Origin: Octopus sinensis
Lineage: Eukaryota
Direction: 5' to 3'
NCBI RefSeq assembly: GCF_006345805.1
Contig: NC_043026.1
Span: 6,758,001 to 6,822,000 of the forward strand
Length of the DNA stretch: 64,000 nt
Within the stretch, counting starts at the first letter, position 1; every line of letters begins with the position of its first letter. A program made the translations under genes and the position numbers. The notes below the pieces were generated by a model. The model worked only from the letters and a program-made list of their open reading frames with translations. It was not told the DNA's origin and made no database searches. Below are positions 11,555 through 25,811 of the stretch, in pieces.

Positions 11555-14419
11555 CTGTAACGAAGAAGGGCAAAAAGAAACAAAAAAATAAAAGTTAATT
11601 AAAAATATAATTAAAAAAACAAATGTTGTGTATTTTGGGGCAAGTGAAATTGAACCAAATCCTATGACTGGCACCCGGCCGTTGCCAGTGCCGCTGGACT
11701 GACTCTTGTGCAGGTGGCAAGTAAAGAAACACCGTTTTGACCCTGTGCTTGAGGAGACCTATTGAGTCAAGTACATCAACATCAGAATCAATGGAAATTG
11801 TAGTTGTGATCCCTGTGCTGGTGGCACGTAAAAAGCACCATCAGAATGTGACCGATGCCAGTGCCACCTTGACTGGCATCTGTGCTGGTGCCACGTAAAA
11901 AGCACCAACCGATCATGGCCATTGCCAGCCTCCTCTAGCCCCTGTGCTGGTGGCATGCAAAAAGCACCCACTACACTCACAGAGTGGTTGGCATTAGGAA
12001 GGGCATCCAGCTGTAGAAACACTACCAGATCAGACTGGAGCTTGGTGCAGCCTCCTAGCTTCTCAGACCCCGGTCGAACCGTCCAACCCATGCTAGCATG
12101 GAAAATGGACGTTAAACGATCATGATGATGAGGATATGTGTGTGTCCACCCTGCTGGGTGGTTGGCACTAAGAAGGGCATCCAGCTGTAAAAACTATGCC
12201 AAAACAGACACAGAAGTCTGGTGTAGGCTCCTGCCAGGCCAGTTCCTATCAGACTATCCAAACCACGCCAGCATGGAAGGCGGACATTTAAATGATAATG
12301 TCTGTTGTAAGAACTCACAGGTGCTGATGTCACAAAGTGTGCTGGCACCATGTAAAAAGCCCTCGTGATGGTGACCAAGTAAAAAAGCACCCAGTACACT
12401 CTGTAAAGTGGATGGCATTAGGAAAGACATCCAGCTGTAGAAACCAGACCAAAACAGAGAACAGAGTTTGGCGCATTTTTCTGGCCTTGCCAGTTCTGCT
12501 CAAATTGTCCAACCCATGCCAAGAAACATTTGGTACAGATTTGGCTTGGATGCAAACCTTTTAACTGGCTATCATCATCTTTGTTTTAACATCCACTTTT
12601 CCATGGTTATAGGGGTCGGATATTTAATAAAAGGGGTCAAATGTGTGATGAAATACTTACGTAGCTAACATGCTCAAGGACTTCTTTGTATGCCATAGCA
12701 CAAGAACAACCAGCCATTTGAGTCTTCTGTCGGATATCTGCTGTCTCTCCGGTAAAGGAAGCAGCCTAGAAGAGAGAAGATACAGAGTGTGAGGCAGAAG
12801 AGGAAACATAATGGTCAATGGTTCAGAACAGGGTTTCAGAGCAAAAGAACTTTCAAATAAGATCCGAGAGTTAGGATCACTTTAACCCTTTTGTTACCAT
12901 ACATGTATTGAAATAAACTGTTTTTGAAGAATTTAGTAAAATTCTTAGTCTCGGAACAGAAATTGGTGTGAAATTTTGATGGAAGATTTTAATTTTGATC
13001 ACTTTAAAACAGGAAGTTTGTATCCCAGAACCAGGAGTGATGGTCTCAGGTGGATTGGTATCTAAAGGGCTAAACCCAAAACCTTTTGTTACCCTATTTG
13101 TGTTGAAATCCACTGCGTTTGTTTCAATTCATTTTGGAAATAATAAAGAATTTAATTAAATTATTATTAATCTGGTTTTAATTTAGATTACATTAAAAGA
13201 AGGAAGTTTGTTATCAGAAAGCCAGCAATGGTGGTCTCCAGTGGATTGGCATGAAAAGGGTTAAATTCAACTTCTTTTATATTCTGCCCGGTGAACCAAG
13301 TGACATTGGATGCCGGTTTCCATGACAACAAGAATTAGCATCCTTACTTTGCAAACATTGAGAAGATCAAAGATGGCCCTGCGTCCAATGTTGGCTGCCA
13401 CTATAACATCATCCTGGTTCCCTGAGTTTCCGGCGGCAACAGCTTTGGTCGTTGCCGTGGTGATAGGCTTTGTGTACTGTATCAGATCTTCGGCTGAAGC
13501 TTTCTGGTCAGGCGGAGTTGGGGACTGATACACCTGGAGAAGAGAAAAGCAAAAGAGAGTTGAGATGCGATGATGCTGAAGAAATATTTATTTCTTTACT
13601 GCCCCACAAGGGGCTAAACAAGGACAGACAAAAGGATTAAGTCAATTACATCGACCCCAGTGTATAACTGGTACTTGATTTATCAACCATGAAAGGATGC
13701 AAGGCAAAGTTGACCTCAGTGTAATTTGAACTTAGAACATAACAGCAGACAAAATACTTATTTCTTTACTACCCACATAGAGAGGACGAACAAGGACAGA
13801 CAAACGGATTAAGTCAATTACATCGACCCCAGTACACAACTGGTACTTATTTAATCGACCCCCAAAGGATGGATGACAAAGTTGACCTCGGTGGAATTTG
13901 AACTCAGAACGTAGCGGCAGACGAAATACGGCTACGCATTTCGCCCGGCGTGCTAACATTCCTGCCCGCTCAGCACAAAAGAAATATTCCAGTCGTTCTA
14001 TACACTGAAATGTATGATGTCTTGTCTTTTACTTAAACTGTGGCCATGGTGGGGTGGGGTGGGGGCACTGCCCCGAAGAATTTTTAGTCGAATCAACCCC
14101 TAGTACTTCATCATTATCCCTATTGTCAACCAAGCATTGGGTTCAATACCTCCCAATCTGAAAACCTTAGAAATACCCTACAATCTAGATGTATTGCAAA
14201 AGTTGGCATTACTTGGAACTGCACACATATTGCATAAAGTAGTGTCTGTCTGAGGTCCTTGTTGTGACTTGACAAACAGTGCAAACCCCCAGTAGACACA
14301 ATATCTTCAATCAACAACCTCACGATATTGGATACTGTGCGACGTCTTAAATAATAATAATAATGATAATGATAATAATGATAAAAATGATAATAAAAAT
14401 AAAAATGATAATAATAATA

Positions 14420-14450
<31 letters not shown>

Positions 14451-14576
14451 TGATAATAATAATAATAATGATAAAAATGATAATAAAAATAAAAATAATA
14501 ATAATAATAATGATAAAAATGATAATAAAAATAATAATGATAATAATAATAATAATGATAATAATAATAATAATGA

Positions 14577-14608
<32 letters not shown>

Positions 14609-17600
14609 ATAATAATAATGATAATAATAATGATAATAATAATAATAATGATAATAATGATAATGATAGTAATAAAAATGATAATAATAAAAATGATAAT
14701 AAAAATGATAATAATAAAAATAATAATAATAATAATGATAATGATAATAATAATGATAATGATAATAATAATGATAGTAATAAAAATGATAATAATAATA
14801 ATGATGATGATAATAATAAAAATGATAATAATAAAAATAATAATAATGATGATGATACGTACTCGGAGTTCCTGGCTAATAGCTTCAATGGTTGACTCTA
14901 GAGCTCTTGTACCTCTTTGCGTCTTGTCTTCAACGGCTTTCACCGTTTTAAGGAGAGAAGTGACATTGGTTACCATTGTCTGTAAGAAGAAGAGGAGGAG
15001 AGATCAGCAGAGATGCAGAGGCTGAAGGATGAGAGAGAGAGAGAGAGAGAGAGAGGTGTTGTGGAAATGTGATGTAGAAACAAGCATTTAGAGAACTAGC
15101 TAAGGAGACAGGAAGATCGACTATAAATATCTATATTTTAGAGAGAGAGAGTCATACAGATGGACACACAGACATGTATAGATATAAAAGACAAAGATAT
15201 AGATATAAATAAGGTAGAGGCATACAGATATATATATCTACAAACATATATATACACACACATATATATATATAGGCTGCTACAAAAGATAGGTGGATGT
15301 GACAGAGAGGGAGAGAGAGTTATAGACACACACACATAAAAAGAGATAAACAAAAATAGGGAAAAACAAGCAGATAAAAATACATAGAGAGATATACAAA
15401 TATGGTGGGAGAAAACAAACAGAATACAGGAAGAGAGAGAGAGAATGACAAGAAAAAATAGTAATTGGTAGGAGACTGGGTGGGTGGGGGTCATGGGTAA
15501 AGTTTAAAGGTGCCAAGAATTAAAATATTTAGCAAAAAAACTATTACAATGGAGAGCCGAGGGTAATCATCGTAAACTAGTTGTCTAGTTTATGGAAATG
15601 TCTATTTTTTTTTTTTAACAATTAGATCTGTAATAAAATATCCAATTAAAATTATATTGGAGAGTGTTTGTGAAATTATGATTCATACCCTGGTGGAGTA
15701 ATCGAATTACAAAACAAAATAAGTGGTTTCTTTCATTAAATTCCTGTAAATTATCTATTTCTTCTAAGCTTAATTGAATCACATAGACAGTGTTTTTGTT
15801 TTGTTGTTGTTACAAACACAGTCATGGAAGAATTTTATGAATAATTACAACATCTGTGTGCATTCGTGTGCTTAGACGGATTATGATTTTGCTAAGGCAC
15901 AAACACTCAGCTCTGAGAGCAATGTGTCCTACAGCTGAAACAGCTGTAAGCCAATGCAATTGATTACATCAACCCTCTTGTCATTCATTCACACACACAC
16001 ACAGAGCTGTTTTTAATTGAACCAATCTATGTAACAACATATAATTACTCTAAGCTTTAAAAACTCAAGCACACACACACCTAAATATACATATCTAGTT
16101 ACACATACATGTATACAAATACAAAATAGATGTGGATGTGTGTATACATACGTATATATGTGTAGATATACACACAAACATTTATGTGCACATTTACATA
16201 CACACACACCGATAAATATCTCTCTCTCTATATAAAGCTGAAGTTGTCTGTGTGTGGCGGGTTTGGTAGCCTTCAACTAACACTATCTCCTCCAAGACCC
16301 TGCAGTGCAAGTTGACCAAAATTGAGAGTATGATAGAAGAAGGCTTGCTCTTCCTTCCGTAGAAGAAAAATTTCAAATCAGACCATGTTAACACCAAAAA
16401 TTATTTACATCAAAAAGGTGTTTTTTTTCTATGAAAAATCCCTATTTTTTACGATGTTTTTACTGCTGTGTTGCCATTTTTCGGTGTATTTCAACCAGAA
16501 AAATGTTCACTTAAAGAGAATAACAAGCTACATAATGCAGAATTTTTACTTTTCAAGAATTCCAATTCTAAAGGGTCGAAACAAACCCGAGCAACGCCGG
16601 GTGATACTGCTAGTATATACATAAAGAGAGAAAGAGATATATATATACTCATTGTGCACACGTTCATACAGAAACGAAGTGTCTGATATAAAAGTGCCAA
16701 GTTTTTATGGAAAGAAAAAAAAAACCGTTTAAAAGTTATGTATGCACGTGTGCATGTCAGCGTGTGTAAGCACCAACATACACACATCCATACGACAGAT
16801 TACAGGCTGGTTACTAACGTTAATTAAATATGTTAAATTAATAAAATTAACTCAATTAATGTAAGAATAATTAACTTTATCTCAATTAAAAGAAAATCTG
16901 ACAAATAGATTAAAAGACCAAACAAGGAGCAAAATACAATCAGAACAGAATGCAAAGAGTTAGCTCCCCTGAAGACAGATTGCCCCCCCCCTTATCCTAT
17001 TATAAATTTGAGTGACGTTTCTCTGTCCGTTATGTTTGTATGTTCGTTAACTCCTCCTAGATGGTTGGTGCAAGGACAATGAAACTCAAACCAGCAAGTC
17101 CCCTAAACGCAGGGAATGTCCTAAGGGGGTTTATTCTTTTAAATACCACCTAATTAGGGCTTCACTGACTCCCCACTATTTTTACTGCATTTAAACTAAA
17201 CACATGGCATTGGTGACCAAATCGGAACAATGGCAACGAATTTCATACCATCAACTCCCAGGGAGTACTGCAAGGAGTTTAAATTTCTGAAGGGCCACTT
17301 AAATGGTGATCCACTGACCCCTCTCCCTATTTTTCCTGCATTTACCTCGATTCTACGCATATTGATCAGCATCAGTGCTTAGCACATTTGCAGAAATAGG
17401 TTTGGGCATTTCTAAATACCTTCAGGTACCTTGAAATCAAGATAAAGGGTTGTAACAGGTACGTCTCAGGTGTGGCAGTGTGGATATTTATATTTTGTAG
17501 TTTATGAAGCTTATGTCTAGGTAGGGAGTTTGGAATGAGATCATCATCATCATCATCGTTTAACGTCTGCTTTCCATGCTAGCATGGGTTGGACGATTTT

Positions 17601-18666
17601 GACTGAGGACCAACGAGCCAGAAGGCTGCCCCAGGCTCCGATCTGATCTGGCAGAGTTTCTACAGCTGGATGCCCTTCCTAACACCAACCACTCCGAGAG
17701 TGTAGTGGGTACTTTTTACGTGCCACTGCCAGTCAGGCGATACTGGCAATGACCTCGCTCAAATCTTTTTACACGTGCCACTGGCACAGGTGCCAGTAAG
17801 GTGTCCTAATTATTTAAAAAAAGATTTTAATTAGCTTTAAATCCAGAATTATCTTCCCTGCCTTTGTCTTTTTACTAAATTTATCATTTGTTAATCAAAT
17901 AATAACTTCATGCCTACCTCACAACCCGATTGACTCTAAATTTCTCCCCTCATGACATTACCTACTTTATGACCTGCTTCTAAGGTGTGTGGAGAGTAAG
18001 AAAGCCCCAGGGTAGGGTAAAAAAAAAAAAGAGGGGAAATGGACAAGAACAACATGGATTGGAAAGTTGTGTTTGTTTGTGTCTAAGAATTGAAACCGTG
18101 ACCTGCAAACATCGAATTCACTCACCATTTACCAATGACACTGTGATTGTTAATCATCAACATAACGATCTCCTTCGTTTTCCTTCGTTCGTTTCATTCT
18201 TCAGTGATTCTTCACAGTGGTCGCTCCTGTCTTTTATACTTGTATGTTTTTTTTGGGATTTTGTTTTTACAAACATTTTTTTTTTCTATAAATTTTTCCA
18301 ATATACTTTCTTTGACATATTTTTCTTCTTCGTTTTCATAAAAATAATCTGTCTTTTTTTTTTTGATTCCTAATTGGTTTTTGTCGAAGTGGAGGATTTT
18401 CCGTCCAAAATATACACAAAGGACAGATTAAGAAAGAGAGAAACAGAGAGAGAGAGAGAGGAAAGAGATCCAGCACAATTTTGCTCTCCCTGGTGGTTTA
18501 TCTCTCCGACATGACATGACATGTTCAGTTGTGTACAATGTCACAAGACAGGCACGCATACAGAAACAGCAGTCAAGAGATTCGATGATCATGAGAAGGA
18601 CGAAAATTATTATTATTATTATTATTACTAATATCATTCTCACACTATATAGACATATACATACAT

Positions 18667-18697
<31 letters not shown>

Positions 18698-19980
18698 ATA
18701 TATATATATACATATATATATATACATATATATACATATATATATACACATATATATATATATACATATGTATAGTTTTTTGTTATGTGAGTGCGTCCTA
18801 AATGATGCAGGGTTAAATTGATCAAACTAAATTAACAAAACAGATAAATGCAAACCTAATTTAGTCAAAGACCAGCCAGGAAAGGAAGTAAGGGTTGGGG
18901 GCAGGATCATTTGTCCCCCTCACCTCCAAAAAATAAAATAAAATAAACACGTGCAGCATTCCGAATTAAACAAACAAAAAGGAAAAGAATTGATAATATG
19001 GAAAAATGGTAAAATATAAGGTGAAAAAACATTTATCAAGTTCTTCTAATGAAGAAGATATATATATATATATACATACATATGTGTGCATCTCTGATAA
19101 AGCCCTCAGGTGAAACAAAATATATTTTGTCAGACTCAAAGTTATAGATTAGATATGTTGACGACTGACTTCTTGCTTTGAGTTCTCTATTCCAAGGGGT
19201 CTAACAATGTCCCTTTGAACCTGTCACCTCCAATTACACACATATGTATACCTATATGTTATATATCTATGTACAAATGCACTCAATGCATTGTAGTAAA
19301 AATTTATTCTTTCATTCAAAGCTGAGATTGTCTCATTCTGCCTCCACTAAGAAGAGTTTTTCCTGTTTTCTTCTCTTCTCTTATTTTTTTTTTTGGCACA
19401 ATCAGTTAGTCAACTAGAAGGACTTCATAGGTTGGAATAGAATAGAACCTGTACATAGTATGGCTTTAGCTTTGAAGGAATTAATTTCACTGGTGATGCC
19501 TTGTTTTATTTAAACAAAGAGCCACCACTGTCAATGTGGGGAATAATTTCACAAACCTGCTGTATATGAGGATTATGGACGGAGATAAATCAAAACAAAG
19601 GTAAAATATCAAAGGAGAAATATCCTGACAAACCTAAGTACAGTTATAGGTTCGATAAAAAAAAAAGGGTTTTGTGTCAGGGAGGAGTAAATGGTTGGTT
19701 GAAAGGGGAGTTCAAAATATTGGCAAAGGCAATGTGGAAATGAAAACAAGGAGACAGGAGTGGGATGTGAGGGGGGGATTCTTCTGAAATTATTGTTTGG
19801 TTACATTAGATACCATGCAACTGGGAAGGATGGGACATGGCCAAGGGGGTAGGTACCTCCATTATTTTGTCAGTAGTAAGGGTCAACGTGGTTAAATACA
19901 TATATATACAGAAACAATAAAGCCAAGGCAGAATCAATACACAAACACATATATATATTATATATAAATATATACGTATC

Positions 19981-20012
<32 letters not shown>

Positions 20013-20367
20013 CATATATTATATATATGTGTGTGTATATATATATTATACACACATGTATATATATGTATGTGTTTAATGTACAAAGCCATAATACATG
20101 TAAGAAAATGCAAATATATATATATGAAGAAATTAAGGAGCCAACAAGACACAGAATGGAGATATTACAGATTTCGAGTTGGTGGGGAAGAAGGGATCAA
20201 CAAATGACACACAACTGAATAAGTTGGGAGAAGAATCTTGGGAAAGTTTGGTTCTCCTTCGTACAGCAGAAACGTCCAAAATTATTGCATAAAAAATGCT
20301 TATAAAATCCATTAAATGCATCACAAACACAATAAAAAAACCCCTCACTACACACACACACACACAC

Positions 20368-20404
<37 letters not shown>

Positions 20405-20413
20405 TATATATAT

Positions 20414-20455
<42 letters not shown>

Positions 20456-20787
20456 AGAAGACAAAGAAGGAATTCAGTTTCTTATTAGTTACAATTCTTT
20501 GAGCAACATTCCATTTCTAACGCCATTGCATGTAAATGACTCCATGTGAAAAATTACACAATGTGTGTATGTCTGTGTGACTAATATTTTTAAACAATCA
20601 GAACCTATACTATATATATACATATATATATATATACCAATATATACGTTCTATTTATTATTTTGCACATTACTTAATCATCGTTATATGTTTTATCTTA
20701 TATTTAATCTTTCTATAAGATGTAATTTTTCTAAATGGTATAATTTAATTTTTCATTATTGAATAGATAAAGGTGGGTTTTTAAAAT

Positions 20788-20841
<54 letters not shown>

Positions 20842-23038
20842 TTTGTGAAATTTGATTTAATATTTCTAAATTGAATTTTTCCCTGTAAGTTTGGAATAAT
20901 ATTCCTCATATTTTTATATATATATATAACCACCTGTGTTTAGAAACAAAGTAAAAATAGCACTCAGAAAAATAATCTACTTTTGGGATTCTCAATCATA
21001 ATTTCAAAGTGTCTCTTCAATCTATCTACATATATATATATATACACATACCTATATATGCATATATGTGTGTGTGTGTGTGTATGCATGCATGCTCTAG
21101 AAATATTGAAGCCAAAACTTAAAGAAGCCAAGCATGTTGTCCTGTTGATGTGTGAAACAGATTATTTTTTTGTCGTTGATTTTTAAAAAAATATTTTTCC
21201 TTTACCCCACAACAAGAAAATAAACTTTTGCCCTACAACTTCTGAGGGACAATATATAATAGGTATAGACGGATTATGTTTTAGAATAAAGTGGAGAATA
21301 AAATGAGAAGTATCTTTATATCTTTAAGGTAAAGAGAACTGCAGAGAGGAAGGTTGGTTCAGAGCCATTTGTAGGGAGGGTGGATTGAACCAGTACATCT
21401 TATAAGGGGGATTGAACCAGGACATATTGTAAGGGGGATTGAACCAGGACATCTTGTAAAGGGGATTCATTTTAATAAATCGGATAGGGGACGTGACTCA
21501 GCATATATGGGATGTAATAATCCAGCACACTTGGGAAGGGTTCAATTCAAAAGAGGGTGGTTAACTATTCAGCAATAAATTTACATACAACCTTTTGAAG
21601 AAAAAGAAAAAAAAAAAACTAATAAAAATCCAACACAAACTACTGTTCACAATAAGTCTATAAATACAAGAATTGGCCCCTGAAAACATTGGAAATTATG
21701 TAGAATATATTTATAGTTTGTGTGTGTGTGTGCATGTTTGGAAGTACAAAGAAAAAGAGTACTCAATACAGAGAATAGAGTATGTTTGTTGTCGGGAGGG
21801 AATCACCAGCTCCAAATAAATTGACAATATTATAAGAATTTGTAAACACCAGAGGGAGCCTGTGTCAAATGTGTGTGTGTATATATATATCTCACATGAT
21901 CGACCAGACAATTGGATGTTGTTATATACCCTGCTGGTCACAATGCACTTTCGAAAGATGCCATCTTGCTAAGCTAAGCGAGCAGGCCAAAATTTCCCCC
22001 CTGATCAGACGGCTACTCTGTCATCAGGTTACTCATTTACAGCCAAGTGGACTGAGGCAACATGAAATAAGGTGTTTTGCACCAAAACACAATATGCCAC
22101 TTGATCTGGGAATCAAACCCACAACCTAGCAATCACGAAGGCAACAGCCCCACCCCTAGACCCTGCACCTTCACAATGTATTAAATATACTTTTCTCTAT
22201 TTACCATTATCCATTTTAGTGATTGCCAAAGCGTCTCGTCTTAGTAATTTTATTCTATTTATCTTAGTTACAAATATTCAGAAACTAGTTATGCAACTGG
22301 CCAGAGGAGCAAAATCCTGTGAATCAATGAGAAGGGAGTAATCTCAGAGCCACAATAAATATTTACTCTAATTCAGTATTGAGTACTTCTTCTTGTCAGT
22401 AAACTAAAACATGTATGTATGTGTTTATATAAAATGGTATTTTGATATAAGCTTAAAGCTTATGGTGGTCACCGTGCAGTGACTAAGGAAAATAGTCTAA
22501 TAAAGGGGCATAGAAGCCCTCGACAAAAAAAAGGTTTTCCCAGTCACGTTAAAGAGATATGGGTTCATATCTCACGTGGATAGGAAAGCCTTCTTTTCCT
22601 TTCGAGGGCTTATATGCCCCGTTATTAGACTATTTTACTAAGTCATTGCATGGTGATCGATATAACCTTAAAGCTTATATAAAAAATACCATTATTATTA
22701 TTTACAGGATTGTAAGATACGGCAATGTATAACAAAACCATTTGCACCAAAAGCATGTGTGTGTATATATATATACACACACACACATATATATGTATAT
22801 ATATATATATACATACATATATACACACACCACACATATATACACATGTATATATATATAGGACAAGGAAGTAGCCAGAAGTTTCAATAATTTATTTAGT
22901 GCTTTCATTTTGTTTCCAAGAATCATAAGAAATGGTGATAACCTGAAACAAGAAAAAGCGTTAAAGAATTATCCAAAATTCTGACTACTTCCTTTTCCTT
23001 TATAGAAATAAAATCTGCACACCTCTTCAAACAATCAT

Positions 23039-23084
<46 letters not shown>

Positions 23085-23127
23085 GTATATATATATATAC
23101 ATATATATATATGTATATATATATATG

Positions 23128-23208
<81 letters not shown>

Positions 23209-25401
23209 CACACATACATACATGCAGATGTGTGTGTTTAGAGCAATGTTGAAAGGGAGTAAATATATAAAGGCGTGTGTGTGTGTGTGTGTGTGTACGT
23301 TGGATGGTGGTGGTGGTGGTGTGAGAATGGAAAACAACTCGCAGCCTCCCTCCCTCCCTCCCCACACACCCCCAGCCCTGTCCTTGGTTAAAAAACAATG
23401 GAAACTTAAAAAAACCAAAAAAATCAGAACAATAACACAAAGGAAGGAAGGAAAAAAACACCTGAACAAAACATACAAAAATAGATAAAACAACAACTGT
23501 TATCACACCTGAAGATGATAAAACACGCACAGGTAGGTCTGTAAGTGTGTGTGTGTGTGTGTGTGTGTGTTACATCAACAGTGCAACATTGTATGCAGAG
23601 AACGGCAGCAGCAGCAACAACAACAACAAATTAAAACTACTAATTAGGCAAAAGATATAACGATGCAATTAGATTCAACAAACCAACGTAGGGGGAACAG
23701 GGTGTGAGTGTGGGGGGGTGGGGGAGACAGGGAGGGCATGTATGGTGGGAGCGGGAATTAAAAAAACTAAAAAAAAAAAACAAAAAGCAAAACTGCAACA
23801 CTACAATGATAGGAATTTGGGAGAAGCACAAAAACCCTCCACCCCCTCCCACCAATTGTGGGTGTAGTCGAGAACAATCACTTATCGTGCCACAGTATAT
23901 GACTGGTATTCTGGGTTACTGACTGCTGGAAGGATAAAGCGGTAAAGTTTGCCTCGGGAGGATTTGAACTCAGAGCCACAAGGAATGCCGTTAGACATTT
24001 TGTCCGGGGTGCTAATGGTTCTGCCATCTGACCCCTTTGAGAATATTCCTTTCTCATAAAGGCACAAGGGCTGACATTTTGTGAGTGGGGTGGGTGCTAG
24101 TTGATTACATCGACCCCAGCGTTTCACTGGTGCTTAATTTATCGACCCCGAAAGGATGAAAGGCAAAGTCAACCCCAGCAGAACTTGAACTCAGAACCTA
24201 TCAATGGGCAAAATACTGCAAAGCATTTCGTCCAGCGTGCTAACGATTCTGCCAGCTCGCAGCCTTAATAACAATAATCTTTTTTACTCTGGGCACAAGG
24301 CCCAAAATGTTTGGGGGAGGGGCCCAGTCGATTAGATCGACCCCAGTATGCAACTGGTACTTAATTTATCGACCCTGAAAGTATGAAAGGCAAAGTCGAC
24401 CTTGGTGGAATTTGAACTCAGAACGTAAAGACAGACGAAATACCACTAAGCATTTTGCCCAGCAGCTTGCTGCCTCGAATAATAATAATAATAATAATAA
24501 TAACAACAACAATAATAATCCTTTCTATTATAGGTTCAAGGCAGGAAATTTTGGGGGAGGAGACTCGTCAATTGCATTGACCCCAGAATTTCACTAACAC
24601 TTATTTTATCATCCCTGAAGGGATGAAAGGCAGAGTTGACCTTGGCGGAATTTGAACTCAGAACGCAGCAATGACTGAAATACCGCTAAGTCTCTTGTCC
24701 AGCATGCTAACAACTCTGCCAGCTCACCGCCATAATAATAATAATAACAGAAATGAGGGTGGTTGTAATAGCAACAGCAATAACTAGTAGTAGGAGTAGT
24801 AGTAATAGTAGTATCAAAAGACAATTTTGTACATACAGAAAAAAAATAAAATTACAAAATAAAATAAAAATTATAGAAACAAAGAAAAGCAAAAACTAAG
24901 AAAAAAGCCAAAAAAAAATGCCGACGATGCCATGACAACTAATGATGGTATCTCGTCCATTACTGTTGCTGGTTAGTAGTAGTGGTAGTAGTAGTGGTGG
25001 TGATGGTGGTGGTGGTCGTTGTGGGTGGTAGCGGTAGCTTAATTAGATCCCTGCACCCTGCCACTAGGCCCAGCGCCTGTGGGAACGTGACAGTTGTTTC
25101 CTTTCTTTGTTTCCCAAGTGTTGAGGGTACACGAAGAGGACTGGGGTGGGTCTGTCGCTCTGATTGGGATTTTAACGATGTATCTACCCTTCAGACAGTT
25201 TCATTGAATCTACAGCTGCAGGGGGGTGGGCGGGAGAGAAGGAATCGCAGATTCACAGCATCTTCAGGGGTTAACAATGTTACCCACTGCAGATATCCCT
25301 GAATGCAGTAGTTATGAGCAAGGCCCGAATCAGTGTTTCTCAGTGAAGTATTGACTTCTGGATCATTTAACCAAGATTAGCACACATGCACCCACATACT
25401 C

Positions 25402-25437
<36 letters not shown>

Positions 25438-25749
25438 GATATCATTTACTGTCCATAATATAAAGATAGGAGCTACCAACAGTTTCATGCAAGATGCTGG
25501 TCCAGGCAGATTTCTCTAACATACATAATGTCTCCAAGCAATCTTCAGGCTCTGAGCACATAGTCTCAGAGCCTGAAGATTGCTTGGAGACAAAGCATGT
25601 TATAAAAACCTGCTAGGACTGGTGTCTTCATAGCAAGACACTACTAGCAGCTCATATCCTTGTATTATGTAAATGAAATATTTACCTCTCACTAGACAAA
25701 ATACTTCTTTGTTGATCTTATCTTAACAGTAAACTAATCCTCTATCTCT

Positions 25750-25811
<62 letters not shown>

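Noticed and set aside
14307-15025. Long ORFs of 193-220 aa (poly-I, poly-L)
   Set aside because: Translations of the AAT/GAT microsatellite; only 14979-14863 is a real talin exon.
21380-21468. Regularly spaced short repeats (also 2675-2748 and 27577-28120) as a CRISPR-like array
   Set aside because: Tandem units without unique spacers, in a eukaryotic intron, with no cas genes.
22533-22548. Match to the M13 forward primer (GTTTTCCCAGTCACG)
   Set aside because: A 15-nt match inside the loop of a genomic fold-back element, with no flanking lacZ or vector sequence; chance.
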